Positions 57,379-64,000 of a stretch of DNA of 64,000 bases are shown piece by piece. Each line of letters begins with the position of its first letter. Positions within the stretch are counted from its first letter, which is position 1. The position numbers and the translations under genes were made by a program. Source of the stretch: Desulfotomaculum sp. (GTDB taxonomy: Bacteria; Bacillota; Desulfotomaculia; Desulfotomaculales; Desulfohalotomaculaceae); the NCBI GenBank assembly GCA_017656165.1, contig JACDOL010000002.1:700-64699 (forward strand), read 5' to 3'. The notes below the pieces were generated by a model, which was not told the origin of the DNA, ran no database searches, and worked only from the letters and a program-made list of their open reading frames with translations.

Positions 57379-58820
57379 ATGAACGCTTAATATTTGAACT
57401 TTCCCGCCCGGGGCGCCAGGGGGTAATGCCACCTAAAAATGACGTTCCGAAAAAAGATGTGCGCAGCCTGCTGCCTTCTGACATGCTGCGAGAGGATGAA
57501 CCTCAACTTCCAGAAGTAAGTGAGTTAGATACTGTACGTCACTATACCAGGCTTTCCAGGATGAATTATGGTGTAGATGTTGGTTTCTATCCTCTTGGAT
57601 CCTGTACAATGAAATATAATCCCAAAGTTTGTGAAGATGCGGCTAACCTGCCTGGGTTTACCAGAATTCATCCCTACCAACCGGAAGAAACGGTACAGGG
57701 AGCATTGGAATTGATGTATGATACCCAGCAGTACCTGGCAGAAATAACGGGGATGGATGCCGTATCCCTGCAGCCGGCTGCCGGTGCTCATGGAGAACTT
57801 ACAGGACTGCTGATAATAAAAGCTTATTTAAAACATAAAGGTGAAAAACGTACCAAAGTAATTGTTCCAGATTCAGCCCATGGAACCAATCCTGCCACAG
57901 CCGCCTTAACCGGTTTTAAAGTAGTGGAGGTCAAATCAGACCAGCGCGGTAACGTTGACATTGAAGCACTAAAAGAAGCAGTTGATGAAGAAACAGCTGC
58001 ATTAATGCTTACTAACCCCAATACACTGGGATTATTTGAAGAGAACATTGTTCAAATTGCTGAAATTGTTCATAATGCAGGTGGGCTCCTGTATTATGAT
58101 GGAGCCAACATGAACGCTATTATGGGTATAACTTCTCCTGGTAACATGGGCTTCGATGTTGTTCACCTAAACCTCCATAAGACCTTCAGTACACCTCACG
58201 GTGGTGGAGGGCCTGGTAGTGGACCTGTAGGTGTTAAAGCGGAACTAGAACCCTTCTTGCCCAGTCCGGTAGTAGTTAAAGAAAATGATGTATACCGGTT
58301 GGACTACCACCGCCCTCTTTCCATTGGTAAAGTGCGCAGTTTTTATGCCAGTTTTGGTGTAATAGTTAAAGCTTATACCTATTTAATTTCCCAGGGCGGC
58401 TGTGGATTAAAATCTGTTAGTGAACATGCTGTTCTTAATGCAAATTACTTAATGCACCGTCTTGCCGGTCATTTAAATATTCCTTATGACCGCCGTTGTA
58501 TGCATGAATTTGTCTGTAATCCCAGGGGATTAAAAGAAAAAGGAGTTCGTACACTGGATCTAGCGAAAAGAATGCTGGATTACGGGTATCATCCACCGAC
58601 CGTGTACTTCCCTTTAATTGTGGAAGAAGTAATGATGGTGGAACCCACTGAAACTGAGAGTAAGGAAACACTGGATAAATTTGCTGACAGTGTAATAGAA
58701 ATACTAAAGGAAGCAGCAGAAGATCCGGAAAAAATTCTAACTGCACCTCACGATACTCCAGTGGGGCGCCTGGATGAAGTAAATGCAGCTAGGAAACCGG
58801 TTTTGCGTTATATAAAATAA
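57375..58820 (+). CDS. gcvPB: Glycine dehydrogenase (decarboxylating) subunit 2, GcvPB
   Basis: The PLP-lysine region [16 protein letters not shown]. The start overlaps the gcvPA stop. Confidence 0.92.
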   Translation: MNERLIFELSRPGRQGVMPPKNDVPKKDVRSLLPSDMLREDEPQLPEVSELDTVRHYTRLSRMNYGVDVGFYPLGSCTMKYNPKVCEDAANLPGFTRIHPYQPEETVQGALELMYDTQQYLAEITGMDAVSLQPAAGAHGELTGLLIIKAYLKHKGEKRTKVIVPDSAHGTNPATAALTGFKVVEVKSDQRGNVDIEALKEAVDEETAALMLTNPNTLGLFEENIVQIAEIVHNAGGLLYYDGANMNAIMGITSPGNMGFDVVHLNLHKTFSTPHGGGGPGSGPVGVKAELEPFLPSPVVVKENDVYRLDYHRPLSIGKVRSFYASFGVIVKAYTYLISQGGCGLKSVSEHAVLNANYLMHRLAGHLNIPYDRRCMHEFVCNPRGLKEKGVRTLDLAKRMLDYGYHPPTVYFPLIVEEVMMVEPTETESKETLDKFADSVIEILKEAAEDPEKILTAPHDTPVGRLDEVNAARKPVLRYIK

Positions 58821-58847
58821 AGCTGTGCATTTTTTGCACAGCTTTAT
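58819..58847. terminator. Bidirectional terminator between gcvPB and convergent trmL
   Basis: AGCTGTGCA-tttttt-TGCACAGCT stem flanked by A- and T-runs. Confidence 0.75.
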
Positions 58848-59302
58848 TTCATCCCTTTAAATCCCTGCTGGCGCAGGGCTTCATACAATACTATGGCCGC
58901 CGAATTGGAAAGATTAAGTGAGCGAACTGTTGAAATCATTGGTATTCGTATGCACCTGTCCGGGTTGGCTTCCAGCAGTTCTTGGGGTAAACCGGCGGTT
59001 TCTTTTCCGAAGACTAAAAAATCACCTGGCTGATAATTTACTTCGGTATACCACTTGTTTCCTTTAGTAGTTAAATACCAGAAATTGCCTTGAGGGTACT
59101 TCTGCTGCAGTTCAGAAAAACTATCGTGATAATGCAGATCTAACTTGTCCCAGTAATCCAGTCCAGCCCTTTTTAAGTGCTTATCATCTACAGAGAAGCC
59201 CAGCGGCTTGACTAGATGCAAGCTGGTGTTAGTTACCGCGCAAGTTCGAGATATGTTTCCTGTGTTACCAGGTATTTCAGGTTCCACCAGTACAATGTGC
59301 AT
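58844..59302 (-). CDS. trmL: tRNA (cytidine/uridine-2'-O-)-methyltransferase TrmL (SpoU family)
   Basis: MHIVLVEPEIPGNTGNISRTCA N-terminus and the SPOUT knot motifs (RIPM, SLNLSN). The ATG overlaps the nth stop (TAATG). Confidence 0.88.
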   Translation of the reverse strand: MHIVLVEPEIPGNTGNISRTCAVTNTSLHLVKPLGFSVDDKHLKRAGLDYWDKLDLHYHDSFSELQQKYPQGNFWYLTTKGNKWYTEVNYQPGDFLVFGKETAGLPQELLEANPDRCIRIPMISTVRSLNLSNSAAIVLYEALRQQGFKGMK

Positions 59303-59955
59303 TAGCTCTCCCCTCCAGGATAGTTTAAACATAGAGCTGATAACGGGCATTTACTGCAGCTGGGCCGGCGTGCTGCACATAATTCCCTGCCGTGGGCAAT
59401 AAACAAGTGGTGGGCAGGCTGCCATAAATGCTGCGGAATACACTGCATTAATTCCTGCTCAGTTGTTTCTGGCTTTTTCCCGCTTGCCAAGCCCAGGCGG
59501 TATGCCACCCGGTGTACATGAGTATCAACTGGTATGGTAGGTTGTCCAAAACCTACCCCCAGCACTACCCCGGCAGTTTTACGCCCTACTCCCGGCAGTG
59601 ATTCCAATTCTTTTCTTTGTTGAGGTACTTTCCCGTTATATTTTTCTAACAGTATCCGGCAGGTTTCTGTTATTGCCCGGCTCTTGTTGCGGTGAAGTCC
59701 GCATCCTCTAATTTCCTCTGCCAGCTGTTCCGGGCTTAACTTGGCAAAATCGGCAGGGGTACGGTATTTTTCAAATAAATTCCTGGTAATGAGGTTAACT
59801 CTTTTATCAGTACACTGGGCACTGAGAATTGTTGCTATCAGCAGTTGAAAGGGATTTTCGTGTTCCAAACCGCATTTAGCATGGGGATAGTAAGTTGAAA
59901 GCGTATTTATTATTTTTTCTGCCCGCTGTTTCTTATTTATCACCCTAATCATCAC
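59302..59955 (-). CDS. nth: Endonuclease III (Nth)
   Basis: HhH-GPD motif (LPGVGRKTA), catalytic VDTHV, and the C-terminal 4Fe-4S Cys cluster CxxxxxxCxxCxxxxxC. Confidence 0.9.
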   Translation of the reverse strand: MMIRVINKKQRAEKIINTLSTYYPHAKCGLEHENPFQLLIATILSAQCTDKRVNLITRNLFEKYRTPADFAKLSPEQLAEEIRGCGLHRNKSRAITETCRILLEKYNGKVPQQRKELESLPGVGRKTAGVVLGVGFGQPTIPVDTHVHRVAYRLGLASGKKPETTEQELMQCIPQHLWQPAHHLFIAHGRELCAARRPSCSKCPLSALCLNYPGGES

Positions 59956-60126
59956 CTGTGTGATTTGCTATCGCTGTGATTTTGAAATACCTACCAGTAT
60001 AATATACCAAAAAAACAGCATCTTTAGCTATAATAAGAGCACGCAATTTAATAATTATTGCCAATGAACCAATTGTTATGATAAATTGATTTTGTATTTA
60101 AATACGCAGTGCAGGCGGTGTCGTAA

Positions 60127-60456
60127 ATGGAGCTAATACTGTTTTTCTTGATACTGGGATTTGTTATTGGGCATTTCCGTTTACTGCCTACTGGTACAAA
60201 AATAACCCAACAAGTAATGGTGTTTGGTTTGATTTTTTTACTGCTGGTAATGGGAGCCCAGCTGGGTGCTAATAAAAAAGTGTTAGCCGATTTTGGCCGT
60301 ATGGGAATGCAGGCAGTGGCATTGGCTGCAGGTGGGGTAATATTCAGTGTTTTGTTTGTAAGAATGGTAGAGGGTTTTATTCGGCGGGGAATAGATAGCG
60401 ATGAATATAATATAAAAACAGTCAGCCAGGAAGAAAAGGTTGGTGAAGAGGGTTGA
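60127..60456 (+). CDS. LysO-family (DUF340) membrane protein, small subunit
   Basis: A 109-aa three-TM protein whose stop overlaps the start of the larger DUF340 gene, which is the typical paired arrangement. Confidence 0.7.
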   Translation: MELILFFLILGFVIGHFRLLPTGTKITQQVMVFGLIFLLLVMGAQLGANKKVLADFGRMGMQAVALAAGGVIFSVLFVRMVEGFIRRGIDSDEYNIKTVSQEEKVGEEG

Positions 60457-61049
60457 CCTGGATAATAATTATATCAGTGGCCGCCGGTATGCTTTTGGGA
60501 TACTGGGTAATTCCCCATGAACTGGTAGGCTGCCTGGATAAATTAACAACAGCTGCATTATGTGTTCTGCTTTTGGGAGTGGGGATAGAACTAGGACAGC
60601 AAAAGGAAGCCTGGGAAAGATTGTGGAAAGTAGGCTGGCGTGTTATTCTTGTACCGGTTATGGTTGCTTTGGGCAGCTTACTTGGGTCGTTGGTGGTAGG
60701 TGCTGCAATTGGTATGCCTGTAAATGAATCCCTGGCCGTTGGTGCAGGTTTTGGATGGTACAGTTTGTCTGGCGTGCTTCTAGCGAAAATTTACAGTGTA
60801 GAACTGGGAGCATTGGCATTTATAACCAATGTGGCCCGGGAATTAATGGCTTTCCTTTTAATTCCTGTTACTGCTAGGTACATAGGAAAATTTAGTGCCG
60901 TGGCTCCTGGTGGGGCAACAACTATGGATACCACACTCCCATTAGTCAGCAGGTCAACTGATGCTGACACGGCAGTTGTAGCCTTTATTAATGGTTCAAT
61001 TCTTTCATCCCTGGTACCAATACTGGTGCCGCTGTTAATTAAACTTTGA
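60453..61049 (+). CDS. Lysine exporter LysO-family (DUF340) membrane protein
   Basis: A polytopic protein with GWYSLSG and the GGATTMDTTLP motif of DUF340. Confidence 0.75.
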   Translation: MTWIIIISVAAGMLLGYWVIPHELVGCLDKLTTAALCVLLLGVGIELGQQKEAWERLWKVGWRVILVPVMVALGSLLGSLVVGAAIGMPVNESLAVGAGFGWYSLSGVLLAKIYSVELGALAFITNVARELMAFLLIPVTARYIGKFSAVAPGGATTMDTTLPLVSRSTDADTAVVAFINGSILSSLVPILVPLLIKL

Positions 61050-61064
61050 CCTCCAGTCTAATGA

Positions 61065-61160
61065 CCGCCAAGGTATTTACAATGTAAAAACACGCCGGCA
61101 CATATACCTGAACGAACTCCTCACCCTTCGGGTGCCTGCGTAAAAACTTATACTTTTTGA
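61065..61160 (+). repeat. Intergenic repeat family, copy 8 (truncated core plus inverted module A)
   Basis: CCGCCAAGGTATTTACAA lies at 61065-61082. CGTAAAAACTTATACTTT at 61139-61156 is the reverse complement of AAAGTATAAGTTTTTACG, which is module A as found at 54311-54328. Confidence 0.55.
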
Positions 61161-61165
61161 TTTAT

Positions 61166-61201
61166 AAAAAAGGGGCAGCCCAAACTACGGGCTGCCTTTT
61201 T
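61166..61201. terminator. Bidirectional terminator between lysO and the convergent small ORF
   Basis: AAAAAAGG-GGCAGCCC-aaactac-GGGCTGCC-TTTTT. Confidence 0.75.
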
Positions 61202-61209
61202 ACTGGGTA

Positions 61210-61401
61210 TTATATTTTATTAAGGTAAATAAGTGCTGGAATAATGATTGAGGATGCTGTAACCAGCCACAGGGCATGTTCTTTTTCCAGATCCACCATG
61301 GGGTTATCAAACCCTTTGCAGTTTTTAAGGTACTGTTCGTATTCCCGGTCCAGCACAGGCACCGCCTCCCCCGCTAGATGCAATATAATTTTTAAGTACA
61401 T
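61210..61401 (-). CDS. Hypothetical 63-aa protein with a C-terminal hydrophobic helix
   Basis: An ORF followed by a terminator. The RBS is weak and no family is recognised. Confidence 0.35.
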   Translation of the reverse strand: MYLKIILHLAGEAVPVLDREYEQYLKNCKGFDNPMVDLEKEHALWLVTASSIIIPALIYLNKI

Positions 61402-61617
61402 TTTATCACAAGCCTTTTTGAAGTAAAGGTGAGCGGGAAGGGTTTAAAAGCTGTTTAATGCCTTGGGACGGTATGTACCATTACCCATTTTGTGTCTTAA
61501 ATGTTTTGTGCTTTTTTAGAGGTTTTACATTGGTGTCTATTGACTCAACAGTTATACAAATTGTCAGTGTCAAATTTGTTGATCATTTTGCACAGCATTT
61601 ACTTTGAGTGAACTATA

Positions 61618-62289
61618 TCAGCTTAAATATACCAGCACAAGTCTAATCACATTAACAATGCTGTGAGCTATAATACCGGGAACTATTGACCCGGTCCAGC
61701 AGTACAGGAGAGCCAAACCGGCTCCTACTATAGTAATTTGCCAAAACCAAATTGTACTTAAGTGTACTGCGGCGAAAAATATTGATGAAGTTATAATTCC
61801 CGGGAAAAATCCCCAGCGCTTTACAAAAGCAGGAAAGGCAAATCCGCGGTAATATATTTCTTCTGCCACAGGAGCCAGTATGCCAGCCACCAGTATGGGC
61901 CCTGCCAATTGGAGCGGCGTGTTTGCCTGGGCTGCCATTTTAACCAATGGATTGGTGCTCATATCTGCTGCTAATAATATTTTAAATAAGTGCTGTGTTC
62001 CAGTGGCCACAACCAGCAGAACCGCACCACCTATTAGGCCGTAGAAAATATTTTTTCCCAGTGATTGCTTTTTAAACTCTAAATCACTGAATTTTCCAGC
62101 GCGCACGATAAAAGCCGTTGTAAGAAAAATTAATATTAGCCTATCAAGAATGTTTAAAAACTGCTGGCTTATCGCTGGAAAGAGTGGGAGGATAAACCTT
62201 CCCAGTATAAATACCACCAGTATTCTTAAAGCCAAAATTCCAAATACTTCACTTATACCCCATTTTATTTGTTTAGTAAATATATCCAT
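61618..62289 (-). CDS. CPBP-family intramembrane glutamic endopeptidase (CAAX protease-like)
   Basis: EEIYYRGF, FAAVH and HSIVN motifs within a polytopic membrane protein. Confidence 0.85.
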   Translation of the reverse strand: MDIFTKQIKWGISEVFGILALRILVVFILGRFILPLFPAISQQFLNILDRLILIFLTTAFIVRAGKFSDLEFKKQSLGKNIFYGLIGGAVLLVVATGTQHLFKILLAADMSTNPLVKMAAQANTPLQLAGPILVAGILAPVAEEIYYRGFAFPAFVKRWGFFPGIITSSIFFAAVHLSTIWFWQITIVGAGLALLYCWTGSIVPGIIAHSIVNVIRLVLVYLS

Positions 62290-62473
62290 ATCAATCTCCC
62301 CTGTTCTTATAGTAATTTACCCTAAATATTAATGCTGGGTTATAGGGAAAAAATTCAGTAAATAAACAGTATTTGCGTTGGTCATAATACAATTTGAATT
62401 ATTAAGTATTAAGTGATTATTCTACCTTAAATTCGGGTTTTTAATATAAAAATTATTAAAAGGAGGTAAAAAA

Positions 62474-63226
62474 ATGGAGGCCTTAATTCCATGGGTAACA
62501 GGAGTCCTGATCATACTGGGGATAATTGCAGCTGCCTGGTATACAAGCTCTGCAATTTATAAACGCGTTAAAAAAATTGAGCCTCAGCCAAAACCTGTCC
62601 CAGCAGCTGCAAAAAAAAATAGTCCTGAGGCCGAATTTGCAGAAGAAATTACCCCTTTTCCTGTATGGGAGAAACCAGCTGATTTTCCTGATCCTGAACT
62701 TCCCAGCTTATATAATAAAGACTGTTTAATGTTAATGGTCCGGGATCCTTACTGGTTGTATGCATACTGGGAAATATCTGCAGCGAAACATGAAGAATTA
62801 AAAAATAAATATGGTGACAAGTTTTGGAAAGGGCAGCCGGTCATTAGATTGTACGACATTACCGGTGTTCATAGTTTTGATGGAACCAATGCCAACTCTT
62901 ATACCGATATATATATAAACGGTATTTGTAATGATTGGTATATAGAAATTGCATCGCCCGATAGGAAATATTGCATAGACCTGGGGCGAATACTGCCTGG
63001 TGGACAGTTTGTAACCATGTTAAGGTCTAATATTGTGAAAACTCCTAGGGCAGCCCTGTCTGATCGATTTGATGAAGATTGGATGTGGATAGATGGCATA
63101 TACCAATCTATGGGCAGGGTTCAGTATGGAATAAGTACTGCTCTTATATATGAAGAAATCCCCAGTTCACCAGAATTTAATAAACCAATGGTAGTGAACA
63201 GGAACAAAACGAAAGGAGTAATTTAA
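62474..63226 (+). CDS. DUF4912 domain protein with an N-terminal TM helix
   Basis: RDPYWLYAYWEI and subsequent conserved blocks typical of DUF4912. It is translationally coupled (TAATG) to the GH57 gene. Confidence 0.7.
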   Translation: MEALIPWVTGVLIILGIIAAAWYTSSAIYKRVKKIEPQPKPVPAAAKKNSPEAEFAEEITPFPVWEKPADFPDPELPSLYNKDCLMLMVRDPYWLYAYWEISAAKHEELKNKYGDKFWKGQPVIRLYDITGVHSFDGTNANSYTDIYINGICNDWYIEIASPDRKYCIDLGRILPGGQFVTMLRSNIVKTPRAALSDRFDEDWMWIDGIYQSMGRVQYGISTALIYEEIPSSPEFNKPMVVNRNKTKGVI

Positions 63227-64000
63227 TGTCTCAAGGTTACCTAGCTTTAGTACTGCATGCCCACCTGCCTTTTGTAAGACATCCAGAAGACGAATTTTTT
63301 TTAGAAGAACGCTGGTTATATGAAGCTATTACTGAAACTTATATTCCCTTGGTACAGGTTTTTGACCGCCTAGTAAGGGATGAAGTTCCTTTTAAAATTA
63401 CTTTTTCGATTTCTCCCCCGCTGGTATGTATGTTAAATGATCATCTTTTACAGCAGCGTTATGTTCAACACCTTAAAAAAATGATGGAATTGGCTGAAAA
63501 GGAAGTCCTCCGTACACGAAACACTACATTTTATGCAGCTGCCCTGATGTACCGTCAAAAAATGCAGGATGCGTTTCAAACCTTTTACCACCGCTATAAC
63601 TGTAATTTAAATAACGCCTTTAAAAAATTTCAGGATTTGGGCGTAGTAGAACTGATAACATGTGGGGCAACCCATGGATATATGCCGTTTATGCATAGGA
63701 AAGAATCTATATATGCCCAGGTTGAAAATGCAGTAAGTATTCACCGTAAACAGTTTGGGAAGAATCCCAATGGAATATGGATACCAGAATGTGCATATAA
63801 AGAAGGTGTGGATGAAGTACTAAAAGATTTTAACATAAAATTTTTCTTTACAGATACACACGGGGTACTGTATGCTGATAGGCGCCCCCGTTACGGTGTC
63901 TATGCCCCTATATTCTCCCCGTCAGGGGTTGCTGTCTTTGCCCGAGATGGAGAATCATCCAAGCAAGTTTGGAGCGCTAACGAAGGATATCCAGGAGATG
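63226..64000 (+). CDS. Glycoside hydrolase family 57 alpha-glucan branching enzyme-like protein (3' end lies outside the window)
   Basis: GYLALVLHAHLPFVRHPE...ERWLYEAITETYIPL is the GH57 N-terminal signature. The frame stays open to the window end. Confidence 0.85.
   Translation, partial: MSQGYLALVLHAHLPFVRHPEDEFFLEERWLYEAITETYIPLVQVFDRLVRDEVPFKITFSISPPLVCMLNDHLLQQRYVQHLKKMMELAEKEVLRTRNTTFYAAALMYRQKMQDAFQTFYHRYNCNLNNAFKKFQDLGVVELITCGATHGYMPFMHRKESIYAQVENAVSIHRKQFGKNPNGIWIPECAYKEGVDEVLKDFNIKFFFTDTHGVLYADRRPRYGVYAPIFSPSGVAVFARDGESSKQVWSANEGYPGD

Noticed and set aside
1-64000. A search by eye for rRNA, tRNA, CRISPR arrays, transposases/integrases, toxin-antitoxin pairs and known defence-system genes.
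   Set aside because: None were found. All intergenic gaps longer than 150 nt are accounted for by promoters, leaders, terminators, the repeat family or the splB pseudogene region. A tRNAscan, Rfam or defence-finder run would be needed to exclude small or divergent elements.

Overview
The window is a chromosomal core region from an endospore-forming Firmicute. Gene content and roughly 40% GC by eye suggest a Clostridia, Peptococcaceae or Desulfotomaculum-like organism, but that is inference only. Nearly all genes are on the + strand. In order they are: feoB (3' part), a D-Ala-D-Ala carboxypeptidase, a Fur-family regulator, a sigma-54 activator and a patatin-like lipase. A complete dcw cluster follows: mraZ-rsmH-ftsL-spoVD/ftsI-murE-murF-mraY-murD-ftsW/spoVE-murG-murC-murB-murA-ftsQ-DUF881-DUF881-sbp-ftsA-ftsZ. 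Next come the sporulation genes spoIIGA-sigE-sigG-ymxH, a decayed spore photoproduct lyase gene, nrdR-nrdD-nrdG, and a PhoP/PhoR-like pair with pstB-phoU. The ylm/divIVA cluster is next (yggS-sepF-proC-yggT-ylmH-divIVA). Then come a T-box-controlled ileS, a small SASP island, a tandem glycine riboswitch controlling gcvT-gcvH-gcvPA-gcvPB, and trmL, nth, lysO, a CPBP protease and a DUF4912/GH57 glucan pair. I saw no rRNA, tRNA, CRISPR array or transposase. The most unusual signal is non-coding. It is a modular intergenic repeat family with core GCCAAGGTATTTAC and at least eight copies, all in one orientation. Copies lie almost always a few nucleotides downstream of a Rho-independent terminator. 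Two copies sit between a riboswitch or T-box terminator and the regulated start codon. One copy is a perfect 14-bp inverted-repeat hairpin. Two copies are direct repeats flanking the SASP island. I do not recognise it as any described RNA, REP or MITE family, but I cannot search databases from here.
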